Assembly: GCA_024704765.1 (NCBI GenBank)
Contig: JAKMXF010000222.1
Span: 806,001 to 870,000 of the forward strand
Length of the DNA: 64,000 nucleotides
Direction: 5' to 3'
DNA from: Oopsacas minuta
Lineage: Eukaryota; Animalia; Porifera
In this document: piece after piece, positions 25,550 to 39,700 of the stretch
How the letters are laid out: each line of letters begins with the position of its first letter
Numbering within the stretch: position 1 is the stretch's first letter
The notes under the pieces: model-generated
Seen by the model: only the letters and a program-made list of their open reading frames with translations
What the model was told of the DNA's origin: nothing
The model's database searches: none
Program-made: the position numbers and the translations under genes

Positions 25550-27250
25550 AAGTTTAATGAGATGGCTGTGCCTGCTTCACTATTAGAAGTTTATCATTTT
25601 TTTGTAGGTCAGGCTCTATACTTGGAAACATCAACAGCTCACTCACAGCCATAGCAGCGACACGAGGAAATTGTTGTGACTCATTCTAGACTAGAACTTC
25701 ATTAATGACAAGTTTCGAATATATCCCGTAGTGTAAAATTGTTCAAAAATTCAATGAATTCTTCTTGCATACCGTTGGGAAATGGACCCACGTCTACTAT
25801 TAATGGATTGCGAATCAACTTAAGATTCAACTCACTCAGGTTTTGGGAACTATGAATCGAATTCTTCTTTCAAGCAGGACAGATGCGCTTGAACTAATCC
25901 AATCATCTGTTTTCATTTCTTCTCCCTAAAGAACAGTTGTAAGATTTATAATTATGTAGATATTTCAGTCTTTGGCTTTTCTTTCCCATAGGCCTAACTT
26001 CATTATGAATGCTCGGATCTATCAATAAAATCAACTACATTTGTGAACTTTACTTGAAGTTCCTTGTTTAGTAAAGAGAGTATCATAAGCCATCCTTAAT
26101 CTGACAATTTTCACAAAAACTATCGATTTGGCTTGGTCTTTGCGCTCAAAGAATTCTGCCATCTCTTTTCTTAAAGAGTGCACTCTAGACAGCATGTTGC
26201 CGCCAGAAAACCAACGAACCTAAGTATGAAAGATTCGTGTATTTGGTGATAATCAAATTCTCGGCATAATAATCGGAAGAGAGGAGTATTGAGAGCGCTG
26301 GACTTATGAAATTAACCATATTGGTTATATCGTCAAGGGTTGCTTTTAGCTCTGGTGGTAGTGTATTAGATTCCAGAGCATATCGGTGAATCATACAGTG
26401 GTATGCTTAGTATCGGGATTGAATCCTTTCACTCGTGCCCGGAATCCTGAGCGATTTCCAAGCATGGCAGGAGTACTGTCAGTGAACAAGCACTTACATT
26501 GCTTCATTAAAGTCTTCTCTCAAATTTTCAGAAACTTCTGTGAAAACATCCTCTCATAGTGGATTCCAGACAATGGCATAACAAGAATTCTTCCTTGAAG
26601 ACATCATTTCTATATACTGCAAAAACAAGGAGCTGAGCTCAATTTGATACAACTCGCCTAGCTGAATTACAAATTTGTTTAATGGTGCACCACGTAATTC
26701 AGTTATTACATGTTCCACAATATCTTCTGTAATATTACATATTCGTCGCTGAACTGTGTCATTGGAGAGAGGCATACAACCAATCTTCTATTCTCCATCA
26801 TCTCCAATGTCCTTACAACATGGTAGTATAAGCTTCTTTGCGATTGTATGTGACGCTTTCTCTTGAGCAATTCTCTGAGCAACCTTGTATCATGCACGAA
26901 AGCTTGCTTGATTTTTTGATGTACCTGATCGCTTACATCTAAACGAACCTTCTTCAGTCCGACTTCAATTCATTTGAAGAATCCAATATCTTTACTTACT
27001 AGTTCTGGATGACATCCGTTGAAATGCCTCTTGAGTAAGCTGGGCTTCATCGAGTGGTCAGAAAGTACCTTAAAGCATATGACGCACTGTGGTAGTTCAC
27101 GTCCATATTTAGTAACAGTATGAAACTGCATTGGATATAATTATCAATAATTTTAACGAATGGATAATTTCGAATTACAGCCAAGGGATAACGGCCCCCT
27201 TCAATGTTGGCCCCCCACGAGAAAGTTGTCGCGGGGGTAGTTCGGTACTG
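25550..27250 (-). mobile_element. Decayed Buster/Charlie-type hAT transposon
   Basis: BED finger LPQCVICFKVLSDHSMKPSLLKRHF, PLSNDTVQRRI, HCMIHRYALES, IRAFIMKLGLW and terminal QAQPSH*. Stops and deletions throughout. Confidence 0.85.
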
Positions 27251-28168
27251 CTCCTAACCTGACAACTTTCAATGTACTGATGACTAAATCATCTAACAGA
27301 CATATAGTATATACCCGACTACCCATACCCTGATAATACAATTTGATATCATATCTCTGACGGTTATGACGTAATCTTGAAAGTGAGCAAATAGGGTATT
27401 ATTGATGATTCCGCAATATTTTTTGGAGATATGATATCAAAATGTACTGTCATGGAATGGGAAGTCTTGTATATACTATATGTCTGTAAGATGATATGGT
27501 CATAGAATTGAAGGTTGTCAAGTTATAGGTGAATATTGACAGAATATATGTTAAATTTCAAAGATACATTTATTCGGGCCAAAATGTACGGTTAATATTT
27601 TATCGCAACTCATAGAATTCATTGTGCACTGTCTTGAGGTATCCCTGGAAAGTCCATCAATCTAAATTATAGCCTAGTGTAGAAAATGCTATATTCAGAT
27701 GTAGTCCTTGAGAGGAGAGGTAAATATCGTATATAATTTCAGGACATATTGCGTTCACTTGAATACACGCATCAATCTCCATTTCACCAATTGATCAACC
27801 TCATTCATTGTTTTAGGAGTCTTCGGTCCAAGTTTAGCTCAACCCTAACAATCATCAATAAAACTGGGGATAGTAATGGAGATAGGCATGTGGAAACATT
27901 GATCTTCAGTAAAATACTAGTTAGACTTGTATAGTGACAGGTAGCGTACGGATCTAGTACTTTCACATCAGCTACCGATTTTGGCTCATTAGAGCTTAAG
28001 AATCCAGGATGCTGAATTAGATATTCTTCTTAGACTCAGATATAAGAGATCTTACCTATCCACACCTTGTGTCAATAATATAAAGCAATGGGATAAGGAT
28101 TGTGTAAGCTACGTGAGTTTGCATTTTCGTCTGTCCTTGATCTACAAGGCCGCTCAAAATTATCAAAA

Positions 28169-28499
28169 GGGCAAATTGGTGGTCAAATTCTAGGCTGGCG
28201 GTACGAAATCAAAAATCGAGCTCTAGCAAAACTTCTAAGCATATCTTAGCTACATATAACCGTATAGAACACATAGATATCTCTGAATATGGTGATGTCA
28301 CAGTCCTGGACCCTGGGCCAATTCGAAAATTTGTGCTGCCTTGTAGTGGTTCCAAGGTTTCGGACTGTAGCATGCCATATAAACAGATATCAATGTCTTT
28401 TTAACGGTTCTATGTAGCTCTGAGATGTTTACATGCTGTGGCGAGCTCGATTTTCGATTACAAATCGGCCAGCCCCGAATTCAGCCCACAAACTTGTCC
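28169..28499. repeat. ~330-bp degenerate palindromic (foldback) MITE
   Basis: Arms pair throughout: AAAATCGAGCTC (28212-28223) with 28443-28454 at 12/12; AGCTACATATAACCGT (28248-28263) with 28404-28419 at 15/16. Confidence 0.65.
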
Positions 28500-29869
28500 A
28501 ACACCTCAAAAATGCTTCATCCTTGGTTCATATATCATATGTATCAATCACAGCACAGGAATCAAATATAGCAAATAAATAATAATAAACAATAAGTTCT
28601 AACAGATAACTGTATTCTGTGAAAATGGTGTGACACACGATGGGAAAGGGAGAGTTGAGAGCCCGGTTGTTACCTTTCCTCAAAAGTCTCAACAATACAA
28701 GCGACAGCGTATGAGAGCGGTCTCGATCCGGTTTGGTCTTAAGGGTTAAAATTTCATACTTGAATTCTATGTCCAAGCTCTTGACTGTAGCTATAGATAA
28801 CTTGTTGTTATGAAATTCTGTACCGAAAGTATCTTGGATTCTGTTCTAGTTTTCAAGAGTTGGAACTGATTTAGTTTAATGGCAGGAATTTCACGCCCCT
28901 ATAAATCTATTGATGATATATTTATCAGTGAAGTGGTTGTAATGAGAAATATGCTGAAGAATAACTACGCAAGATAATGGCACAAAATTTTCCCAAAGTA
29001 TAGTAACCTAAATATGCTTGTTTGGAAATAAACAACAAGTAACACATTATTAGGTTCCTATCGTAGTATATAGAGGGTTTCTTACTAATTATTTGGTCTA
29101 TATTGCTTTCAGTCCCGCGGGACAAAATATTTCAGACATTTTTGGTCCAGGAATCTCTGCATGGATTTCAATAAAGTAGATATATGTTTTGATGATCTAT
29201 AAAAATGTTAATAAAATGAAATATTATAAACCGAGGAAAGAGGTGTCGAGGTTTAACAAACGAACAGTACATGTGTAAATATTCACTCACATTCAAAAAT
29301 GGGCTTCATTGTTAATTGTTTCTGATGGTACGAGCAAATACTAATTCTAGTACAAATATACTATCAACTCTAGTCTGTAATAATACAAGACCCAATACTC
29401 CTAATGTCTAAAGAAGGAGCTTGATAAAAAAGCTGCACAACTGGCTCGAATGACAGCGTTGGTTCTGTAGGTATACTACAGGTGAATTGTCAGAATAAGT
29501 ATGTACTTACTTATGCCAGATAACTTTTGCTGTTCCAATCTGCTTGCTATCAATTGCTACTTATAAATCAATGCCAAACACCACAATTTCGCATTAAGTG
29601 CCCCAAATAAATTATTGCTTCATATTTGAGGTTGTAAGAAAACCTTCAAATAATGTTTATCTGATTTTGAGGAAATTAGTTCTTAGCATATTTCCAGCAT
29701 TGTAAACGCCCAGTACCCTCCAAAAACAACAAATGAATACTCTAACTTTCAAATCTCCAAAATGGAGAATAGCCTATGATGAGCAAGAACTGTTCTTGTC
29801 TTACCAGGAATATAATGACGCGACATTTTGCTTGTTAATTCAATGTACTGTTTGCTTTTGGAGCATATA

Positions 29870-31830
29870 AGAGAGCTTACATTTTCACTGTTGGTCTTGG
29901 TAGTTAATTGGGAAAACTTCTCTCAAGGAATATTATTAAGTGGTATCCTGACAACTTAGTTGATTTTCTTGTAACCCCATCTAGAGAAATCATAGTATGA
30001 GAGGGAAGTATACATTTGGCTTCTTTCTACTTATTTCTTCCAATTTATATAGCTCCTTCCAAGTGATCCAGAAATTGTAAATGGACCTTCCCATCTACAC
30101 TTCAAACTCCCACCATGCTTTTTCCTTAGAAAGTTATTTTAAGGACGGTTGCTCATACAATGAACGAAGATCCTGCTCCATGCTTTTTAGGATAATATTT
30201 TGACTGCTTTCGGAGCCTTTTTGATGTTTTTCATTATTTCTGTGTTCATCGCAGTCCGATCTTTTCAATTTGTTCAAGTTTCGGTTTAGTGAGGTTGTAG
30301 CTGCTTAATTGCTTACTGTCATTTACTGTTTCTTTATATATCTTTCGGAATCTGGATATGCTACCATACATTACCTGAAATGGTGTACAGGGTGACAATT
30401 AAGTTCTGATACATAGTTCCAATAGATCTGATACGTTTCAAATGTATTATATTACCATTTCTATCATTTATATTCTAACATGTCTTCCTGTTATGCTCAA
30501 ACAGTAATCTAAATCTATATACGCATAAAATCAGAAATTTCAACATGGAAGTAAAGAGGTCAAAAATTATCTCATTATTTACGACCGGGAGCACACAGAG
30601 CGAGATTTTGAAAAGGCTGACAAGTGAAAAGATCAACAGATTATTCATTTATCGTACTATTAAACGATATAACGATACCAAAAGTGTGGAGGACAAGCCT
30701 CGTTCTGGCCGACCGACTATAGTTCGTATGAGAGCACTAAGGGAAAAACTCCGCTGTAAAATCGGCCGAAATCCCAGGTGGTCAATCCGGAAGATGGCAA
30801 GGGAGTACTCTGTTAATCGCGAAACATTGCGAAAGGTGATACATGATGGCCTGGGACTTAAATCACTCTAACGGCAAACAGTTCATTATCTCACTCCCAC
30901 TCTTCGGGTAAAAAGACTTTTAAGGTGCAAAAGGCTTCTGCGGCGCCTCGTAAATGAAGATTATGAACAGGTATTGTTTTCGGACGAAAAGATTTTCACG
31001 GTAGAAGAAACAACTAACCGTCAAAATGATAGAATTATTGCGTCGTCATGCAAGACATCCTTGAGAGCATTATATTCATTGATCAAGTGCAAAGACGCTT
31101 TCTGTGATGGTCTGGGCTGGGGTGTCCGCAGATTCTCGGACAAAATTGATTTTGTCCCACAAGGGGTCAAAATTAACTCGCAAACATATAGAGAATTGAT
31201 TCTTGAGCCTGTAATCAAATCTGCTGGTTCATCCTTGTTCAAAAACACACCCTGGATATTCCAGCAGGACTCTGCGCCAGCGCATGCCTGGAAACCAACT
31301 CAATCCTGGCTTTTAGGGGAAAATATTGGCCTTTGTCCAAGGAAGAATGGCCTCCTTCAAGTCCGGATTTGAATCCACTTGACTATCCCGTCTGGGGGAC
31401 TTTACAGAGCAGAGCCTGCGCTACTCCGCATAGAAATTTGGAATCTCTGCGGAAGGCTTTGATTACAGAATAGCAGAAAATTCCGCAAGAAGAACTCCGT
31501 AAATCTGTCCAACGGTTTCAAGGACGACTTAAAGCTGTAGTAAAGGCAAAAGGCGGTTATATCGAATAGAATTGGATAGGAAGATTTATTATAATATGCT
31601 TTAACTGTCAGTGAAAATTTAGATTGAAAGAATAACTAGTTTAGGAAAAACCAGAGTATATTCGTGTATCAGAACTTAATTGTCACCCTGTATAGTTGGT
31701 TGAGTCTTGAACAGGAGTTTCATATGCGTAGGTAAGCTTGAAGAGATTCACATCTCAGGCTGCTTTGTTCTCTTAGGAAATTTAGTAATCGAATTTTCAT
31801 CGTTTGGTTGTACCTTTCATCTAAAACATT
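29870..31830 (-). mobile_element. Gypsy integrase remnant interrupted by the maT element
   Basis: LDERYNQTMK (~31810), TYAYETPVQDSTNY|TPFQVMYG across the insertion, and NFLRKKHGGSLKCRWEGPFTI (~30070-30135). Confidence 0.75.
30388..31690 (+). mobile_element. DD37D (maT-type) Tc1/mariner element, full length with disrupted ORF
   Basis: Perfect 26-bp TIRs CAGGGTGACAATTAAGTTCTGATACA with TA TSD. FSDEKIF, FQQDSAPAH and WPPSSPDLNPLD, with 37 residues between D2 and D3 after frameshift repair. Nonsense codon at 30869 and about three frameshifts. Confidence 0.92.
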
Positions 31831-32607
31831 TGCTTGTGCTCAAAATTGGATCTACATTATAAATTTTGGGCCTAGTGATTTATACGTGCGATTCGTATAG
31901 CAGAAACGGTGCATTCTTGCCCGATTAAATGTATTGCACATTTGTAGAACAACAATTATCAACCATTATATGATAAAAGATTACATGAATATGCCAAAAT
32001 ATTTGTCTATTCAGCATATTTTTGGTAATATCTGCCGTTGTCTGAAAGATTGCAATGGCCTGGGAAACTTCAAATATCGCATCATTCATTTTCGAATTGA
32101 TATGGAATGATAGGTATAAATTTTTAAATTATTCACAATTCAGGATAACTAATTATTGTTCATACCCTGCATCCTATGCCCTGATTATATATTTTGATAT
32201 GATAACTCTAACAAATGTCACGTATTCGTGAATATATCTATATATGTTCATTTTAGTTTACGCAATAAGCTTAATAGATAACATGTCTAAATGTAATACT
32301 ATAAATTGGCTATACTGATTTGACAATAACTTGCACGATTATTGAATTTAGACTGGATATTCATAAAAAATGCCATCCGTGGTCCCTAATGTAACTTAAG
32401 AATGAGCCAGCTTTAACACTTTATATATTTGTATAAAATATTATACATATCATTCCATATATCAATTCCAAAATGAAAGATGCAATATTTTGGTGTCTTA
32501 ACTATCGTTCAATTCGTTCAGTTCAAGTTCAATAAGTTCGTTAGTGACCCTTTCATTCCTGCTGATAACTTGGTCCTTCTTACAGTTCTTAACATCTGAC
32601 ATATAGT

Positions 32608-35461
32608 CAAAGCCGGCGACAGGGGGTAGCTTGGGGTACAACCGGAGGGCCCGGGGTAAATAGGGGCCCCGGGTCGGCATGTAAGTTTCTTTAGGATTTA
32701 GGATGTTCATTGTGTCTTGTATGTACATGTAAGCTTGTATCACAATATGAATTCCTTTGTTTCACTAAGAGAATAATTGCTTTTATCAATATTACACTTA
32801 GCAAACAAAGGATTCTGTCATTAATAGTTATCATTAATTTATTCCACTGTTTCAAATCTTATTATTCATCTATTTCCTTCAACACTATAAATATGGAATT
32901 ATAGAAATTGCTCTATTTCAATTATCATATATTTCAATTTAAAGTCTATGTCCTACATTCGTAAATCAGGTGCGCAAAAAATGTCAAGAGAAGCGGGTAA
33001 GAGATGGAGAGTCGATGAAAGGTCTGCAAACATTATTTCAAGTTGGAATTCTCAAACAAGCTGAAAATTCAGCAATTATAGAAGGAGTATTGAATGAGAT
33101 TATTGTTGATGCCTTGGATATTGTTGAAAATAAAGAAGTATCTGAATACAATTCAGAAGTTATTGCTAAGAGTGTTTGTGAATTTGAGACTCAAGTGAGG
33201 ATATACGACATTGGAGCTTTACATGAACATGTTTCAAAGAAAGAGATTGAGGAGTGGGTGAATGCTGAATCTCATCCCAAACCATCATACATTCCTCCAG
33301 ATGTGACAGGTGAAGCTTTTCCATTCTCTCTTTCATGAAAAGAAGCTCAAATGGGGAATCTGAAAACAGAAATTGGCTTGTTTACAGTCAATGTAAGAAT
33401 GCTTTGTTTTGTTTCCCGTTCAGGTTATTTGCATATACAGAAAGTTGTAACAGGTCAACCCCTTCGTATCTAAAATCGGTAAATGGTTGTGGCCTAGTAC
33501 AAAGTGGAAAAACACTATATGATCGTATACCTTCTCATGAAAATATCACAAATCACAAACGATGCTACTTAGAATGGCGTCAATTGGAGATGCGTTTACT
33601 GCACAACTCTACAATTGATATGCAACTTCATGCAAACATCACAACCGAAATTTCTAAACGGAGTGAACTACAGCAAAGGATCATCGATGTTGTTCTCTTC
33701 TTGGGTGAAAGGGGTCTATCATATAGGGAAGATACTTATGCTATTGGAGACGTTCATAATGGCAATTTTCTTGGAATAATTGAAATCATATCTCATTATG
33801 ATCCGGTACTTCGTGGGCATGTTACAAAAGTGCGAGAATCCCAGAAGATGGGAAACGTTTACAGCTCGTTACATTTCTAAGGACACTCAAAACGAATTTA
33901 TCCCTTTATGCGCAAATAAAGTTCGCCATTGCATTCTAGAAGAACGAAGCAATGCTGAATATTTTTCTATCATGGTAGATGTACTCCAGATATTTCACAC
34001 ACTGAGCAAACACCTGGAGCTCAAAACATTTTAAAGCAAGAGAACCCTTTATGCACTTTCTCACCTTGTGGGTGCCACAGTCTAAACTTGTGTGGTGCAA
34101 AATCAACTTTATGTTGCAAGGATGCAATAAAATTTTTCGGGACAATTCAAACAATTTACTGCATATTTTCAGCAAGTCCAAGGTGACGGGCTATTCTTTT
34201 TCGTAACATTGGAATTTCGCTCCATGGTCAATCCCATACGAGATGGAGTGAGAGGATTGATAGTGTCCGCCCCTTCACTACACATTTATAAGGTATTAAC
34301 TTATTCTTAAATGAACTACTGGAGCTTAATCTAACTGCAAAAACTAAAACAGAAATATTTGGTGCCATAAGTATGTTTCTTCTTATACATGCGTGCTCAT
34401 GTCAGAATATGGTATAAAGTTTTAATGGCTATAGATGAACGAAATCAACTAATCGAGGCTCGCGATGCAACAATTGATGTTGAAGTACGGAATTTGGACG
34501 ATCTACTTGATGAACTAAAACTCGAAAAGAAAATTGGCCATCTATTTTACAGGAAGTTAATATAGTTGCCAGAGCTCTAAACGTAGCACCATCACTGCTT
34601 GTACGACAAAAGAAAAGAAAAGAGTTCTTTGACGATAATAATATTGAAATAAATAAATAAATTTCAAATGAAGCAGCATACCAGGCTACCTTTAATCATA
34701 TTATTAACTGCGTTTTGGAAGGCTTGACTACGCGATATAGAGCTATTTATCAAATTAGTCAACCATTTGGATTTTTATGGAATTATCTCGATGCAAGTGA
34801 AGAATATATTATCAAGCAATGTAAAGACCTCAGAGCACATAATAATACGGATATATCGGACAAAGAACTTCAAGTTGAAGTTTTACACCTCAAAACGATT
34901 CATCAACCCAACTTAAGCGATCATTGATTGGATCCACTTTCGCTTCTAGATACAATGCGAAAAAATATATTGGGGGGAATATTCCGAATGTATGCATTTC
35001 CTTAAGGATATTTTTAACTTTACCGGTTACAATAACTTCTGTCGAACGATCATTTAGTAAGCTAAATTAATCAAGAACTACTTGCGGAGTACGATGTTGC
35101 AGGAAAGACTAAGCGATCTCACAATTCTCTGCATAGAGAGTGAGCTTGCTAGACTAGTAGGTTTCACGCAAGTAATAGATTCATTCGCATCTATTAAAAC
35201 AAGATGCTTTTGCTAAGCTCAACTTATTGAGAGATTCCATTATTTATTCTAATCTATTCCACCTATTATATTATTTCACATGCTTAATGTCTATATTACG
35301 TACATAAATTCACTCAAATTTCAGGATAAGTTTCTAGTTGCAATATATTTATGTCTAAGGTGACAGGTATTACACAATTGAATTTTTGTCAGAGCTAGGG
35401 TGATGGAGGAGCCCGGGCAGAAATATTGCCAGGAGGCCCGTAAATTCTGTCGCCGGCCCTG
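32608..35461 (+). mobile_element. Decayed hAT transposon (ZMYM1-like transposase)
   Basis: TIR CAAAGCCGGCGACAG / CAGGGCCGGCGACAG (13/15); TSD CATATAGT/CCTATAGT (7/8). Motifs RNWLVYSQCKNALFCF, GNFLGIIEIISHYD, YFSIMVD, PCGCHSLNL, TRWSERIDSV and SVERSFSKL, spread over broken frames. Confidence 0.87.
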
Positions 35462-36529
35462 CCTATAGTAATATCGTATTGAGCCTCCGACATCCGCGAT
35501 ACAAACCAAATGATGCTCATGTGGATCATCGTGTAAGAATGAACTCAATACTTTGCAAAACTGGCAAAAAGTCAGAATGTTAACTACATTATAGTGTTGA
35601 AATTCAGTTACATATTAAGCACTTGTTACTGTGCCTACTACAGTATAACCTCCAAAATTGAGATGTCTGGGAAGTATTTGCAAGACTACACACTTTGGTA
35701 ATTACTCCACTTCTGACAAACAAGAATATAGTGTCATTTTCCTGTAATAAAATTGGATTAGTCCTTCATATTTTAATAATAATTTAGGCTGTATACTCTT
35801 TGATTTTCATTGGATATTTGCCTCATTAATGAGATTTAAACCACTTTTGGAGATTCATTTGGCTATGGCCTTCAAGAGAGTTTCTTCCTTAATAGAATTT
35901 TACAAGGTATCCAACCATAAATTGTGCCCGAACGGCAGGTTCTAATGCGATTCCATCCCGCTTTGAGAAATTTTGTACACAATTTCATTAATATTTACCT
36001 ACAGCTCACCCCAAACCCCACTTCTGACAAAATCTTTGAAAGGTTCATTTAGATGTGGTGTACCATACACATTCATATACGTATCCCACGTTGGGAGTTG
36101 GGATTATATACTATAAAGCATTGTAGCTCAGTACTAAAATGGTTGAATTTATATAATAGTAAATACAGTGGAACCGGCTTTTTATTACTAATTCTTTGCA
36201 CCGAAATAAAGTAAGTATAAAGCAAAAATATGAATAATCCTTTGGGAAATGAATGTAAATCCATAATGCTTTACTATCAGGGCGTGAAAATAAAGTAAGG
36301 AAACCGATAAGTAGGAAAAGGCCGGTGCAGGAAAAATCGATTTTACTGTGGTCACTCTGCTGTAAACAACTTTGAGATTAACCATTGCTCAAATGGAGTT
36401 GAACCAATCAAATTACTAAATGAACAAAAAGATAGAGTTATTCATGTTTTTCGAATTAATCTCTTGATTCAAATTAATAAATTAATGTATCAGAACTACA
36501 AGAAAAGAAAAGAAAATGATTATTTTATG

Positions 36530-36745
36530 AACTGAAAAGTCATTGAATCTCCGAAATGGATTACTCCACTCTTTTCAACTCTACGAACTAAACGAACGAA
36601 CGGAACGAACTAACCGAAGGAACTGAAAGAATGAAATTGACGAACTGAATGAACGCTGGCGTGTTGAATTGAGAAAGTGAAGGTGAACCAATATGCATGA
36701 ATTTGAGATGAACTGAATTGCGTTTATTCAGTCCGTTCGTGAACC
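36530..36745. repeat. Cluster of GAACGAACT-like motifs, probably a MITE remnant
   Basis: Repeated GAACGAAC/GAACTGAA with an inverted TTCAGTCCGTTCG at the end. Similar motifs on the opposite strand at ~32515-32550. Confidence 0.4.
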
Positions 36746-39700
36746 TTATATTTCATGGCTATCTGATATATTGAAATTGTATTTCAATTGACCCAACTTA
36801 CTGTCCATGTTGATTGAAATATTTACTCTTAATCATTTCTAATTCACCAAACTAGTAAGACGCGATACCTAGAGATTGAATTTTGCATTTCAGACCCCGC
36901 TCTCAAATGATATCTTACATTTATGGCATACCAACTGTACACTAAATCCATAAGAGCATTGTATTTTGTAAAGTGCCTACAGCTCAAAAGAGGGTACATG
37001 TGTTCGAGTTGTTTGCCCCTGTCGACAAAGTAGAAATTTGAAGATACAGAGTTTTGGGATGAAATAACATGTGGTTGCTTAGGTATTTTGAAATTAAAAC
37101 TGAAAGTTTACTGAATCTCAATTAAATTGAAACAAAATATAAAATTCTCTATTTAATCTAAATACCTTTAATGTAGTGCCGGATTATGACATGTTCAGCG
37201 TGTCCAGCTGATCAGAGGTGCCAATTAGAAGAGAGGGAGCATCATGTATTCATGGTTAACAAAGTTGGATTCACATGGCATGAGTTTATATAGGGTCGAC
37301 AAATCCCTGAACAAATGGATTAACTCTCTGGAAGCATGGACAAATGACGAAATCCCTGGACGGTTGGCAACAAATTCAAAGTGTGTTGGTGGCCAGCCAA
37401 TTCGGATAAAATATGAGTTTGGTGGCTATTTCCACCATTTTATGTCACTGTTTGCTTGAAGTTATAATCTCATTCTCTATCTAGGATAATTCCTTTTGAT
37501 GGTTTTAAGTTTGATTTCTGTCATAATAATATAATGAGTAAGGAGTTTTCGGAACTTTACGTGAACTAGCGTGGCATTGCCGGACCACATTCAAATACTG
37601 TAAATTTCTCGCCCTTGCACTTTTCAAATGGATGTACCTTGCCTGCTAACGGTTGAATCTGATGACGCAGATTTTTGGAGAACCACATGTTACTTTGTAA
37701 CACGTAGAGTGGCTCGAATACGAAGATGTGGCGAAATAGGTATCTGTATAATATTTAGCCACACGTAAAGTATCAAAATATATATTATCGATCGTGAAAG
37801 ATCGATTATGCCTTCCAAATTTCCGTCGTGTGCAGTTAACCTTTGGTGATTCTGTGAAAAATCTAAGAGAATAACGTTTTTGGCCTTGTAAGGCACATTT
37901 TTTACTAACTAATATTGTTTAAATATTTGACTTGATGATCTACATAATTAATCGCAATATGAAATATAGTATAAAAAGAATGGATGTATATTCAGATGCT
38001 AGATCTAAGTTATAAATGTAAAGCAACTGATGATGATTGTAAATATCATACATAAACCTTTGGAAGATGCACAAATTAATAAGATATAGTAAATTATCCT
38101 GATTACATAATGCATAAATAGATTTTGTAGCTATGACTACATAACACATGTACAATATACGCGGAAATATAGTAAATTATCTGCTATTTTATATGTCCAA
38201 TAAAATGTGTACATGGTTAAACTTATTAATGAATAATTTCTGTATGTTAAACATATACAGTAGATAAATTGCAACCCAAAAATGAGGGATAAAATGGGGA
38301 ACACTAAAATAATGAGTGACATCCAATTTTAGTAGGGGAAAGTGATACTTTCTTCATCTTTCGCTCCTCTGAAATGATTATCCCTACTTGTAGGTCAGCC
38401 TTTGAAGTTTTTCTTGAAGTTGTTGAGTTTGATTTTTCTTTGGAATACCTAAAATATATGGCCTACTTGATGCACAGCTCCTTTCAAATTCTTTTCGGGA
38501 TTGTTGAGTTAGATTTTGACTAGATTTGCTAAGAACTATCCCATTAATGTTGGTCTGGGTACTCAGGGTTAATTTGGAGTTATCGAGATTGATCATTGTT
38601 TTATAACTGTAATCTATACCTGGCATGTTACCACAGCGTTTTCTCATCAAAGTTCTACCTCTCTGATCACACTTCTACATAAATTGCATAAGTAGAATTT
38701 TGAAACGAAATGTCGTAATCCAGATTTTCCGATCAAAGTTTTACATTTTCTAATCAATATTCTACTAAATTATTATCAAAATTCTACATCTTTTCTTATC
38801 AAAATATACTGTTTCATAATTTAATAACTCTATAGTTAAACTCTTTAGAAAAGAATATGTTTCGTAGAGTGGCGTAGCCAGCTTAGTAGAATTGGTATGG
38901 TTTGCGGAACCTTTCCTCCACCGAATGTGGTCTCTCCAGGGTGAACTTGGGCACCCTTCATAAAGTAAAATTTCAGGTTTTGTGGCTCTCAGTTGCATTC
39001 TGAGAGCTTATGGTTCACCCAAGAAGGCTTTCCAGAAAATTATCTATACCTCAAATACAACAATCGAGTTCTTTCACAGTGATCCGAGGGTTGGGTTGTC
39101 ATTCCATTTACCAGGGTGAAAATAGATCGGATACATATAATATTACATAATAAAAAATGATGGTCGATTTATGTTAATTCGAAAGTAGGTAGCTACCTCC
39201 TATGAAAAATACAATCAATTTTACCAACCCATGAAAATTGGATACATGTCAAAAATATAGAAAAAGCGAGCAGATTCGAGCAAAATACGGAACTACGAGA
39301 ACATTCATGGGAAATCCATGAGACTCACAGATTTTCAAACATTCTCAAGGTATTCGAGAAAAGTTCGGAGATCGTAAAGGAACTTGAAAATTTTGCAAAA
39401 TAACGGAACATCTTAAAACGATTGATGACAAACAAATGTACTTTCTTCAGTTCGCGTATTATAAATTACTGGGGAACATTAAATAATAAGAAAACTTCAC
39501 TGAAACATATCCTAGGGAAGCTAACAAATTCGAAAGCGAGGGTTGCTTTCTACATAACAAACGAAAGTTCAAATATAGATTGTTGATAATAAGTAAATGC
39601 ATCCAACAATATACAATTATAGTCAGCAAGTCTTAAAATGAGCCTGGTGGGAACCAAAACGTATCCTCTGACAGATCAATATGATATATTGAAAATATGG

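Noticed and set aside
37694-37851. Candidate next BDP1 exon (phase 1 to 0, TTTTCACAG|...|GTAACA, KSPKVNCTRRKFGRH...)
   Set aside because: Phase-compatible and open, but no recognisable similarity to BDP1; such frames arise by chance.
38384-38690. Minus-strand 88-aa ORF with a possible acceptor
   Set aside because: Its phase does not follow the exon ending at 44274 and no domain was recognised.
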